Positions 18,014-26,940 of a stretch of DNA of 64,000 nucleotides are shown here, piece by piece (the stretch's first letter is position 1; every line of letters starts with the position of its first letter). The stretch is from Cyanobacteriota bacterium. GTDB taxonomy: Bacteria; Cyanobacteriota; Cyanobacteriia; JARCMD01. Both the position numbers and the translations under genes were made by a program. The DNA is taken from the NCBI GenBank assembly GCA_038326735.1, contig JBBQKH010000004.1:6696-70695 (forward strand), read 5' to 3'. Under the pieces are notes generated by a model that had not been told where the DNA came from, did no database searches, and was given only the letters and a program-made list of their open reading frames with translations.

Positions 18014-19453
18014 ATGACTCTAACCCTCTACAACACCCTCACCCGTCGCAAAGAAGTTTTTGAACCCTTGGAACTCGACACTGTGCGGATGTATTGCTGT
18101 GGCGTAACGGTTTATGACTACTGCCATCTGGGTCATGCGCGATCGTACATTGTCTGGGATATTGTACGACGCTACCTCATGTGGCGCGGTTACCGAGTCC
18201 GCTACGTGCAGAATTTTACGGATATTGACGACAAAATTCTCAATCGGGCCAGGACAGAGCAGTCTTCCATGCAGGCTGTGGCGCAGAAATTTACCCAAGC
18301 CTATTTTGAGGATATGGCGCGGCTAAATATTTTGGAGGCGAATGAATATACCTACGCCACCCATACGATCGACGGCATCCAGCGCTTAATTCACGAACTG
18401 GAGGATAAAGGCTATGCCTACGCCGCTGGGGGAGATGTCTATTACCGAGTGCGAAAATTTGACAACTATGGCAAACTTTCGGGGCGGAAGCTGGACGATC
18501 TACAAGCGGGGGCTAGCGGCCGGGTGAATGCCGATGACCCAGAGACCCAGAAAAAAGCCGATCCCTTTGATTTTGCTCTATGGAAAGCGGCTAAGCCAGA
18601 CGAGGTGGATTTTTGGGAGTCGCCCTGGGGCAAAGGTCGTCCCGGTTGGCACATTGAATGTTCGGCAATGGTGCGGGAGCGCTTGGGAGACGCGATCGAC
18701 ATCCATGTTGGCGGAGCTGATCTAATTTTTCCTCACCACGAAAACGAAATTGCCCAGTCCGAAGCGGCCACTGGCAAGCCCTTAGCGCGTTACTGGCTCC
18801 ACAACGGCATGGTGAATGTCAATGGCGAAAAAATGTCCAAATCCTTGGGCAACTTCACCACTATTCGGCAAATGCTGGACGATCGCCACCTACACCCGAT
18901 GGTGCTGCGGCTGCTGGTGTTGCAAACCCACTACCGCAAGCCGATCGACTTCACTGAGGACGCGATCGGTTCGGCTCAAAATAGCTGGCAAACCCTAAAG
19001 GAAGGGCTATTGTTTCAGCAACTAAAAAACGACGACACCCTCACCACCCCCGATCCCGACCTTGTGCAGCGCTTTAACAGCGCCATGGATGACGACTTCA
19101 ACACGCCCGCCAGCTTGGCTGTATTGTTTGAAATCGCGAAAGACTTGCGCCGGGAAAAGAACCTTTTAATCCATCAGGGAACGACAGAAACCGACGCTGA
19201 CGTATTGTCCAGTCAATGGCACACCTTGATTCGTCTCGCAGAAATTCTGGGCCTCTACGCTGAGCCAGAAGCTGAGCCAACGCCTGATCCCGCTGGACTA
19301 AGTGACGCAGACATTGCCCAACTCATCCAACAGCGCCACGCCGCTCGATCGTCCAAAAACTTTGCGGAGGGCGATCGGATTCGTGACCAACTGAAAGCCG
19401 CTGGAATTATCCTCATTGATTCCTCGGAAGGGACTCGTTGGCATCGAGAGTAG
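18014..19453 (+). CDS. cysS: Cysteine--tRNA ligase
   Basis: HLGHARS (HIGH-type) and KMSKSLGN motifs. 479 aa. Confidence 0.95.
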   Translation: MTLTLYNTLTRRKEVFEPLELDTVRMYCCGVTVYDYCHLGHARSYIVWDIVRRYLMWRGYRVRYVQNFTDIDDKILNRARTEQSSMQAVAQKFTQAYFEDMARLNILEANEYTYATHTIDGIQRLIHELEDKGYAYAAGGDVYYRVRKFDNYGKLSGRKLDDLQAGASGRVNADDPETQKKADPFDFALWKAAKPDEVDFWESPWGKGRPGWHIECSAMVRERLGDAIDIHVGGADLIFPHHENEIAQSEAATGKPLARYWLHNGMVNVNGEKMSKSLGNFTTIRQMLDDRHLHPMVLRLLVLQTHYRKPIDFTEDAIGSAQNSWQTLKEGLLFQQLKNDDTLTTPDPDLVQRFNSAMDDDFNTPASLAVLFEIAKDLRREKNLLIHQGTTETDADVLSSQWHTLIRLAEILGLYAEPEAEPTPDPAGLSDADIAQLIQQRHAARSSKNFAEGDRIRDQLKAAGIILIDSSEGTRWHRE

Positions 19454-19460
19454 GGAGGAC

Positions 19461-19583
19461 GGGTGGATGGGTAGATGGGTAGATGGGTGGATGGGTAGAT
19501 GGGTAGATGGGTAGATGGGTAGATGGGTAGATGGGTAGATGGGTAGATGGGTAGATGGGTAGATGGGTAGATGGGTAGATGGG
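19461..19583 (+). repeat. Tandem octamer array (GGGTAGAT/GGGTGGAT) x15 plus a terminal GGG
   Basis: Counted directly. It starts 8 nt after the cysS stop. An 8-nt period is not coding. Confidence 0.95.
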
Positions 19584-19597
19584 AAAGTGAATCGCTT

Positions 19598-19702
19598 ATG
19601 ACCAATGCCTGATGACCAATGCCTGATGACCGATGACCGATGACCGATGACCGATGACCGATGACCGATGACCGATGACCGATGACCGATGACCGATGAC
19701 CA
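19598..19702 (+). repeat. Tandem array: ATGACCAATGCCTG x2 then heptamer ATGACCG x10 (STRR-like)
   Basis: Counted directly. The TGACCAA variant equals the reverse complement of the cyanobacterial STRR2 unit TTGGTCA. Confidence 0.9.
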
Positions 19703-19733
19703 ACGCTAAATCCTGAAAATCGTCTACCTACTA

Positions 19734-21173
19734 ATGCTTGATGAACTCTCAAAAATCCTGGCTACACTCGATCTTCCCGCTGACTGGATTGGACTACGAG
19801 GCGTGCGGGAAGTCACAATGACACGCTCTGTCCGGGACAGCTTGCCGGAGCAAAATAGCCAGTCCTTGACCCAAGGCGTAATGGTGGAAGTGCTAGTCAA
19901 TGGGCAATTGGGGTATGGAGCAACTAACTCCCTCCAGCCAGCCCACCTGCAACGGGCGGCTGAACAAGCCTACCGCAGTGCGATCGTCGCCAGCCACCAT
20001 GCCAGCCACCACGTCACCCTTGCCGATCGTCCTAAGGTTGTCGGGCAGTACACCTCGCCATTTCTCAAACCTTTCACAGCGCTGACCCCAGGAGAAATCA
20101 ACGAAGTTCTGGTAAAAATCTGCCAGACGCTGAAAGTCTCTGACCAAATTGTGAAAACCAATGCGATGGTTACGACTACTGAGACTGAATCATGGTTTCT
20201 CAGTAGCAATGGCTCAGAGGTTTACCAGAAAATTCTGCGTCTCGCCACAGACTACACGGCAACGGCTCAGGAGGGAACACGAACCCAACAACGGAGCGAC
20301 AACGGCTGGCTGGCCCGTTCCTACCAAGGCGGCATGGAGCATTTTCTCTCCTCAGACTTGTGGGATCGGGTGAAGCGAATTGGAGAGCAAGCCGTACAAC
20401 TGCTGAGCGCCGAAGACTGTCCCACCACGAACACCAATCTCGTTCTGGCTCCCGACCAAATGCTGCTGCAACTGCACGAAAGCGTCGGACATCCCTTGGA
20501 GCTAGACCGGATTCTGGGCGATGAACGCAACTACGCTGGGGGTAGCTTCGTGAAATTGAGCGACTTTGGACATTTGGCTTACGGCTCCCCGTTGATGAAT
20601 ATCACCTTTGATCCGACTCTGCCTGAAGAGTATGCCAGTTATGGATTTGATGACACAGGCGTGCCAGCAACCCGCGAATATTTAATCAAAGACGGGCAAT
20701 TAGTGCGAGGTTTGGGTGGATTGGAAAGTCAAACCCGAAGCGGTGTACCTGGGGTTGCCTGTGTGAGAGCCTGCTCCTGGAATCGGCCCCCGATCGATCG
20801 CATGGCCAACTTAAACCTAGAGCCTGGCACTTCTACTCTGGAAGAAATCATTGCAGCCGTAGAGCAGGGCGTTTACATGCACACCACTCGCTCGTGGTCG
20901 ATCGATGACCAACGGCACAAGTTCCAATTTGGTTGTGAGTATGCCCAACTCATTGAAAATGGCACCTTGACGAAGATCCTCCGCAATCCCAACTACCGCG
21001 CAACGACTCTGGAGTTTTGGCACAATTTGGTGCAAGTGGGCGATCGTTCCACCTGGCAACTTTTCGGCTCCCCCGTTTGCGGCAAAGGCGAACCCAATCA
21101 GATTATGTCGGTCGGGCATGGCTCCCCCGTCTGCGCCTTTGCCAATGTCGAAATATTTGGCGGGGGCAATTAA
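19734..21173 (+). CDS. tldD: TldD-family metalloprotease
   Basis: HESVGHPLELD zinc motif. 479 aa. Followed directly by its pmbA partner. Confidence 0.85.
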   Translation: MLDELSKILATLDLPADWIGLRGVREVTMTRSVRDSLPEQNSQSLTQGVMVEVLVNGQLGYGATNSLQPAHLQRAAEQAYRSAIVASHHASHHVTLADRPKVVGQYTSPFLKPFTALTPGEINEVLVKICQTLKVSDQIVKTNAMVTTTETESWFLSSNGSEVYQKILRLATDYTATAQEGTRTQQRSDNGWLARSYQGGMEHFLSSDLWDRVKRIGEQAVQLLSAEDCPTTNTNLVLAPDQMLLQLHESVGHPLELDRILGDERNYAGGSFVKLSDFGHLAYGSPLMNITFDPTLPEEYASYGFDDTGVPATREYLIKDGQLVRGLGGLESQTRSGVPGVACVRACSWNRPPIDRMANLNLEPGTSTLEEIIAAVEQGVYMHTTRSWSIDDQRHKFQFGCEYAQLIENGTLTKILRNPNYRATTLEFWHNLVQVGDRSTWQLFGSPVCGKGEPNQIMSVGHGSPVCAFANVEIFGGGN

Positions 21174-21175
21174 CC

Positions 21176-22576
21176 ATGTCCTCACCTCACCAGAATCCAT
21201 CGGTTACCCGCGAAAACTCCAACTTCGATGCCTTAGACGCACACCTCAGCGAGTTGGAGGCTGGCTTCCAGCAGCTTGTGGAGGCGTTGCTTTCAGATCG
21301 GCGCTCTGAGGAACACCTAACCCTAGAGCTAAGCAGTGAACAGAGCCAATTTGTGCGGTTTAATCATGCGAAGGTGCGACAGGCAGGGCACATCACCGAC
21401 GGCTGGGTCACCCTCAGACTGATGAAAGACGAGCGCCACAGCCTGCGAGAGTTTCCCTTTGCCGGAGAGTGGGCGATCGATGCCCCTCACGCCACCGCCG
21501 CCCTCGCTGACCTACGGCAAGAACTGCCCCAACTCTCTCCTGATCCTTACCTAGTTTTACCCAGCGGTACAAACACAAGCCGCGAGGTGTATGGAGGGGA
21601 TTTGCTCGACCCCGAACTCGTGATCCCCACCGTGCTTTCCCAAGTAGACACGCTGGATTTCAACGGCTTGTATGCAGCGGGATCACAGATACGAGCCTAT
21701 GCTGACGACTGCGGCCAACACCACTGGTTCGCCACGCGATCGTTTTCCCTCGACTACTCGTTATTTACCCCCACCGGGCAAGCCGTCAAAAGCACCTTGG
21801 CAAGCGATCGTTGGCATACAGCCACTTACAACCATCACATCCACCAGGCTAAAACCCAACTCCAGCAGCTAGACCATCCCCCAAAACAACTAGCGCGAGG
21901 GCATTACCGCACTTTCTTTGCACCCACTGCCGCCGCAGAACTGGTGGGAATGCTGTGCTGGGATGAGGTGGGAGAGGCAGCCCTTCAGCAAGGTGAGAGT
22001 GCCTTAATGCTGCTCCACCGCCACGAAAAACGCCTCTCCCCTGCCTTTACCCTGAGGGAAAACTTCCAGCGGGGATTAGTGCCACGTTTTAATCATCTAG
22101 GAGAAATAGCTGCCCCAGAAATTCCAGTGATTGCCGCTGGACAACTGATCAACACACTGGTGAATAACCGCAGTGCCAGGGAATATCACCAAGTTGCCAA
22201 TGGCGCAGATAGCTCAGAAACCATGCGGGCCCCAGAAATTAGTCCTGGAACTTTGCCGCCCGATCGCATTCTTGCAGCCCTGGGCACCGGATTGTATGTC
22301 TCCAATTTGCACTACTTGGGATGGAGCGATCGGCCCACAGGTCGCATTACTGGCATGACCCGCTACGCCTGCTTCTGGGTGGAAGATGGGGCGATCGTGG
22401 CCCCCATTGAAAACTTAAGATTTGACGAAAGCCTGTATCATTTTCTTGGAGAGAACCTGATTGCTTTGACTAATGAGCAGGAATTCATCCCCGATATCAG
22501 CACCTACAGCAGTCGTAAAACAGGCGGCATCTGGGTTCCCGGTTTGCTTGTGGAAGATTTTACCTATACGCTCTAA
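21176..22576 (+). CDS. pmbA: PmbA/TldE-family protein
   Basis: TldD/PmbA-fold partner. I prefer the ATG at 21176, 3 nt after the tldD stop, over the overlapping track start at 21017. Confidence 0.78.
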   Translation: MSSPHQNPSVTRENSNFDALDAHLSELEAGFQQLVEALLSDRRSEEHLTLELSSEQSQFVRFNHAKVRQAGHITDGWVTLRLMKDERHSLREFPFAGEWAIDAPHATAALADLRQELPQLSPDPYLVLPSGTNTSREVYGGDLLDPELVIPTVLSQVDTLDFNGLYAAGSQIRAYADDCGQHHWFATRSFSLDYSLFTPTGQAVKSTLASDRWHTATYNHHIHQAKTQLQQLDHPPKQLARGHYRTFFAPTAAAELVGMLCWDEVGEAALQQGESALMLLHRHEKRLSPAFTLRENFQRGLVPRFNHLGEIAAPEIPVIAAGQLINTLVNNRSAREYHQVANGADSSETMRAPEISPGTLPPDRILAALGTGLYVSNLHYLGWSDRPTGRITGMTRYACFWVEDGAIVAPIENLRFDESLYHFLGENLIALTNEQEFIPDISTYSSRKTGGIWVPGLLVEDFTYTL

Positions 22577-22609
22577 CTGGAGAGTATCCTTCACCACAGA
22601 GGCACGGAG

Positions 22610-22646
22610 GCACAAAGAAGAGAGGCAGGGAGAGATTTCCTGCCTC
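22610..22646 (-). terminator. Hairpin plus T-rich tail after the 222-aa gene
   Basis: gaggcagg (22622-22629) pairs with cctgcctc (22639-22646). On the minus strand it is followed by tcttctttg. Confidence 0.45.
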
Positions 22647-22647
22647 A

Positions 22648-23316
22648 TCAAGCCATTTGTTCTTGAGGCTTTAGCAATCGCTGCACAATTTCGATGATGC
22701 TATTGATCAGGTCTGAGTTAGGTGCCGTGGCTTGGTAGCCGTGGGCGATCGGACTCCGTAACTTAAAGCCGACTTCCAGCAGACTGTAGTCACCGCGATC
22801 GAGCAACCCCAGAGCCACTAGAGTTTTGGGAATGGCTAAAGGTTTTTGTCCTTCAGTAGTAATTCCTTCCCGCCCTCCCACAATTCGCATCGTCGCTTCC
22901 ACCGCAGACCACAGCAACAACAACGCCGCATCATGACTGCCCAACTCCGTCAGTTGCCGCACACGCCCAATTTGGGCTGCCACATCTGCGGGAGTCAATG
23001 AAGCATAATTTTCCTCAACGGCATAGCGTCGCCGAGGATTGGTGACTACCAACTCAAAGCACCAACCGGGGCGATCTTGGAGCGCTTGGGCCAAGGCGGG
23101 GAGGTAGGGAGATTTAGAGAGAGTCGCGTGGGATTTCACCTCTACCACCACGGCTTCCTTGCCATTTCGCGCAATCAAATCCGGCTCGTAATCCACCAAA
23201 AACTCTGGCAAATCAGCAGGTTGTGGCTCCACCACGACTTGATAGCCCTTTTCTTGATATTCACGGGCGATTCTGAGTAACCGTTGCCGTTCGAGATGGT
23301 TGGATGCAGAAGACAT
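22648..23316 (-). CDS. PD-(D/E)XK nuclease domain fused to a HEPN-like domain
   Basis: N-terminal YEPDLIARNGKEAVVVEVKSH fits PD..ExK. The C-terminal helical half ends in KLRSPIAHGY, which fits Rx4HxY. Confidence 0.5.
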   Translation of the reverse strand: MSSASNHLERQRLLRIAREYQEKGYQVVVEPQPADLPEFLVDYEPDLIARNGKEAVVVEVKSHATLSKSPYLPALAQALQDRPGWCFELVVTNPRRRYAVEENYASLTPADVAAQIGRVRQLTELGSHDAALLLLWSAVEATMRIVGGREGITTEGQKPLAIPKTLVALGLLDRGDYSLLEVGFKLRSPIAHGYQATAPNSDLINSIIEIVQRLLKPQEQMA

Positions 23317-23720
23317 TAGTTCAACTCCCTTGGATCAGGCGCTATATCTACTGTAATATGCAAAAATTCTTTTCCACTACAAAATCCTTCAGCCAAAATC
23401 GGAGACATCCCCCGAATCTGAAAGTAACCGTTCAAGTTGCGCTTCCGACTGATGGCATCTGTAACTTGGCAATCGTCTGTATATATTAGAGCAACTAGAG
23501 CATCCTGGATAGGTTTGATAATGTTATCAACATCTGGAGCAGATGTGTCGTAATAATACGTAATCATAATCTTGACTAAATCATCGGTGGGCAGCAATCC
23601 AGGCGCTAAGACATTGGTCGCTGCCCGCCGCACATCAGCTTTCCACGCTTGCAATCGAGAACGATTGCGCGTTTGCAGAGAGACGGGCGGGCCCGCAATG
23701 ATGAACTCGAAGGGTAACAC
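23316..23720 (-). CDS. RusA-family Holliday junction resolvase-like protein
   Basis: FIIAGPPVS..PDVDNIIKPIQDALVALIYTDDCQV aligns with E. coli RusA DLDNLQKAAFDAL..WLDDAQV. The stop overlaps the next ATG (TAATG). Confidence 0.7.
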   Translation of the reverse strand: MLPFEFIIAGPPVSLQTRNRSRLQAWKADVRRAATNVLAPGLLPTDDLVKIMITYYYDTSAPDVDNIIKPIQDALVALIYTDDCQVTDAISRKRNLNGYFQIRGMSPILAEGFCSGKEFLHITVDIAPDPRELN

Positions 23721-23932
23721 TCGCTTGATGGCTCACTCGTGTAGAGAAAAGTCTAGTCCAAGATAGCCTTTACGCCGGGGGAATGGGTAGGGATAACTCT
23801 ACTTACTAGGAAAAATAACTGAAATCATTCAGGGGATGACTTCGCCACAAAAGGGTGTCTCCGATCGCTGGCTTTAGCACTACAATGCATCCAAGTCGAG
23901 CGGTTTCCGTTTATTTGTTAAGGTTGGCCATT

Positions 23933-24991
23933 ATGGGTGATGCAGGACGTGTGCCAGTTGGGATCATTGGCGCGTCAGGGTACGGCGGTGTGCAGTTAGT
24001 CCGGCTCTTGATCGACCATCCAGGCGTTGAACTGAGCTATTTAGGCGGGGAAAGCAGCGCTGGGAAATCTTTCGCACAGCTTTATCCTCATTTTGGCGAT
24101 CGAGTCAACTTGATGATTGAGCCGATCGACTTGGACGCGATTGCCGCTCGCTGTCAGGTTGTGTTTTTATCCTTGCCCAATGGGTTAGCCCTGGAAATGG
24201 TGCCCACCTTGTTGGCAAAGGGTTGCAAGGTACTTGACCTGTCAGCCGACTACCGATTTTTCGACCTGGAAACCTACAAAGCTTGGTATGGGGGCGATCG
24301 AACCGATGAGACGATCGCCGAAACTGCCGTCTACGGGTTGCCCGAACTCTACCGCAGTCGCATTGCCGAAGCGCAACTGATTGGATGCCCTGGCTGCTAT
24401 CCTACTGCCAGCTTACTTGCCCTCGCTCCCCTGATGAAGCAAGGCTTAATCGACCCAGACAGCGCCATTATCGATGCTAAATCAGGGACTTCTGGCGGGG
24501 GACGAGTGGCCAAAACCAATCTTCTCTTGGCTGAAGCCGATAACTCTCTTGGTGCCTACAATGTTGCGGGCCATCGCCACACCCCAGAGATTGAGCAAAT
24601 TTGCAGCGACTTGTCAGGTCACGAAATCACGGTGCAGTTCACGCCCCATCTGGTGCCGATGGTGCGGGGCATTCTGGCAACCGTCTATGCTAACCTGCGA
24701 GATCCAGGGTTGGTGCGGGAGGACTTGATCACAATTTACACCGCATTTTACCGCGCTTCAGAGTGGGTTAAGGTCTTGCCCAGCGGAGTCTATCCCCAAA
24801 CGAAATGGGCGTGTGGCACCAATGTTTGCTACCTGGGCATCGAAGTCGATCCCCGCACCGATCGCGTGATTGTCATCTCTGCGATCGATAACTTGCTGAA
24901 AGGGCAAGCGGGTCAGGCGGTGCAATGCCTAAACTTGATGATGGGCTGGAAAGAAACTCTGGGGTTGCCTCAATTGGGCTTTTATCCTTAA
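23933..24991 (+). CDS. argC: N-acetyl-gamma-glutamyl-phosphate reductase
   Basis: [11 protein letters not shown] and the GCPGCYPTA active-site Cys. I prefer the ATG at 23933. Confidence 0.93.
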   Translation: MGDAGRVPVGIIGASGYGGVQLVRLLIDHPGVELSYLGGESSAGKSFAQLYPHFGDRVNLMIEPIDLDAIAARCQVVFLSLPNGLALEMVPTLLAKGCKVLDLSADYRFFDLETYKAWYGGDRTDETIAETAVYGLPELYRSRIAEAQLIGCPGCYPTASLLALAPLMKQGLIDPDSAIIDAKSGTSGGGRVAKTNLLLAEADNSLGAYNVAGHRHTPEIEQICSDLSGHEITVQFTPHLVPMVRGILATVYANLRDPGLVREDLITIYTAFYRASEWVKVLPSGVYPQTKWACGTNVCYLGIEVDPRTDRVIVISAIDNLLKGQAGQAVQCLNLMMGWKETLGLPQLGFYP

Positions 24992-25166
24992 CGTAACTAC
25001 TCGGGCTACTAACTCAATGTCAAGCCTGCCCTCATCCCCCAGCCCCTTCTCCCACTGGGAGAAGGGGAGCCGGATTGAAGTCCCTCTCTCCAGGGAGAGG
25101 GATTTAGGCTTCGACGTGAGCGCTCAGCCGAACGGTGAGGGTAGGCTGAGTGGTTACAACGTAACA
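24991..25166. repeat. Family A repeat, copy A4 (with an internal ~28-nt insertion)
   Basis: Same core as A1. Outer arms are gtaactactc / gagtggttac. Confidence 0.75.
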
Positions 25167-25187
25167 AAGACATTCTGGTGGACTACC

Positions 25188-25817
25188 CTAATGTTCAAAA
25201 ATGTCCTTGTATTGCAGTAAATCCAGGCTGACGATCGCTGGGAGACACTGAAAGCACTGCTCTGCCAAGTCCAGGCGGTCTTCTCGCTTGAGCATCCCGA
25301 TCAACTTTTGCTGAGCGCTGAGCAAATAGCGGACATCATTGGCAGCGTAGCTCAGTTGTTGCTCTGACAAATTTGCAGCATTTCCCCAATCAGAACTTTG
25401 GGCCGTTTTGTCTAGTTCAATTTGCTCTAATTCCTGCACCATGTCTTTGAGTCCATGCTTGGGCGTGTAGGTGCGGGCCAATCGGCTGGCAATTTTGGTG
25501 CAGAATACGGGCATGATGTAAATATTCAAGTGGTAGCGGAGGGTGGCCAAGTCGAACCGGGCAAAATGCATCACTTTTTGCACGCTAGAGGTTTCTAGGA
25601 GGCGCTTTAAATTGGGGGCATCGGATTGTCCTTGGGCGATGCGAACCACGGTTACCCGTCCTGCTACATCGCACAATTGCACGAGGCAAAGCCGATCGCG
25701 CCAAGGCAACAATCCCATCGTTTCAGTGTCTACAGCAATGGCTTGGGCTTGCAGATACTGGAAAAGGGTAGAGTTGGGCAGGTCACGATCGCAAATCTGA
25801 AAGGCTTCGAGTTCCAT
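25188..25817 (-). CDS. RNase D-like DEDD 3'-5' exonuclease
   Basis: AVDTETMGL, FDL..L and YAANDVRYL motifs. Confidence 0.8.
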   Translation of the reverse strand: MELEAFQICDRDLPNSTLFQYLQAQAIAVDTETMGLLPWRDRLCLVQLCDVAGRVTVVRIAQGQSDAPNLKRLLETSSVQKVMHFARFDLATLRYHLNIYIMPVFCTKIASRLARTYTPKHGLKDMVQELEQIELDKTAQSSDWGNAANLSEQQLSYAANDVRYLLSAQQKLIGMLKREDRLDLAEQCFQCLPAIVSLDLLQYKDIFEH

Positions 25818-25988
25818 TCGGGCATTATCAAGCTAGGGAGTTGTTTCTAGGGAAAGACGGACTAGGGTTACCCCTTCAACAAGAGTATCGGTGTAGCGTA
25901 GTAAAATCTAGTCCAGTACCAAGATTACCCAGATAGAAAGCTCAAACTCCAGTTCTTGGCGATTTCCTTACCTTTGCTAATTCAATAG

Positions 25989-26152
25989 TTCGGACATTTT
26001 TGCGATAGCTAGCCCTCATCCCCCAACCCCTTCTCCCAGTGGGAGAAGGGGTTGGGGATTGAAGTCCCTCTCCCTGGGGAGAGGGATTTAGGGTGAGGGT
26101 CTATACCGGCTGTACAACAGGGTTTCCAGCCCCTCCACCAAAAATGTCCGAA
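25989..26152. repeat. Family A repeat, copy A5
   Basis: Same core as A1. Outer arms are ttcggacattttt / aaaaatgtccgaa. Confidence 0.8.
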
Positions 26153-26168
26153 GTAATGCTAATTAGTA

Positions 26169-26435
26169 TTAATAATCAGAGAGAGTAATATCTGGAGGTC
26201 TTTCCCGATCGAGGAGTGCTCGCTTAGAAGCTTTAAGTTGCTTCCAGAGTTGCTTAATGTTGTCATAGGCTTCCTCAGAGCTAATCTTTCCGCCCGTTTC
26301 TAGACCGCAAATTAGCGAAACCCGATTCGCAAACTCCTGCAAATTTGCATTAAAAGCCAAATACTCAGGAGTGAACTCACCGTGATAGCGTCCAACTGGA
26401 TTGATAAAGTCCTGAATATTATCTGGGTTTGACAC
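26169..26435 (-). CDS. Hypothetical protein (88 aa)
   Basis: ORF starting 14 nt downstream of the TIGR00725-like gene on the same strand. Confidence 0.45.
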   Translation of the reverse strand: MSNPDNIQDFINPVGRYHGEFTPEYLAFNANLQEFANRVSLICGLETGGKISSEEAYDNIKQLWKQLKASKRALLDRERPPDITLSDY

Positions 26436-26449
26436 AGCCGCTCCCTAGC

Positions 26450-26935
26450 TCATACAACACCTTTAATGATAGTAATCGCATCGGTGGGGTGCTTGCTCAG
26501 AAAAAGTGCATCTGGGGATAAGTTTTGAAACAACGCCCAACTCGCTTGACCAGGATTCAGTAGGACGACGGGTTTCCGCGCTTTGAGGGCTAGGGCAATC
26601 TCCGAGAGCGTTCCCAGTCCCATGCCACAGGCAACAACCACATCGCTGGAAAGCACATTGATGTTATTTCGGGCGTTGCCTAAATCGGTGAGAATAGCGA
26701 TATCTACAGCGTCTGACAGTCCAGCCCGATCGCTTCCTGGCAAAATGCCGATCGTCAATCCCCCCGCGTGTCTGGCCCCCCGACTGGCTGCATCCATCAC
26801 TCCCACATCGCGGCCGCCTGTCAACAGCACCCAGCCCGCTTGGGCAATCAGTCTACCCAGTTCGTAAGCGTTTTGCAGATCGAGGGCTGTTGCTCCGTCG
26901 CCTGGGCCCATCACTCCCACCACAATTTTTCTCAT
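26450..26935 (-). CDS. TIGR00725/LOG (SLOG)-family Rossmann protein
   Basis: Contains IVVGVMGPG, LLTGGRDVGVMDAASRGA and CGMGLGTLSE. Confidence 0.72.
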   Translation of the reverse strand: MRKIVVGVMGPGDGATALDLQNAYELGRLIAQAGWVLLTGGRDVGVMDAASRGARHAGGLTIGILPGSDRAGLSDAVDIAILTDLGNARNNINVLSSDVVVACGMGLGTLSEIALALKARKPVVLLNPGQASWALFQNLSPDALFLSKHPTDAITIIKGVV

Positions 26936-26940
26936 TCGTT

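Noticed and set aside
19461-19702. Possible CRISPR array
   Set aside because: The units are 7-14 nt and directly abutting, with no spacers, and no cas genes are present. These are microsatellite/STRR-type arrays.
19255-19752. 165-aa minus ORF reading HRSSVIG and HLPIYPST repeats
   Set aside because: It is a translation of the 7-nt and 8-nt tandem arrays. It also overlaps the cysS 3' end and the tldD start. The repeat periods are not multiples of three.
22648-23720. RusA gene as a remnant of a prophage
   Set aside because: No integrase, terminase, capsid, repressor or att-like repeats flank it, and the neighbours are pmbA and argC. I treat it as a two-gene islet instead, although an older decayed prophage cannot be excluded from this window alone.
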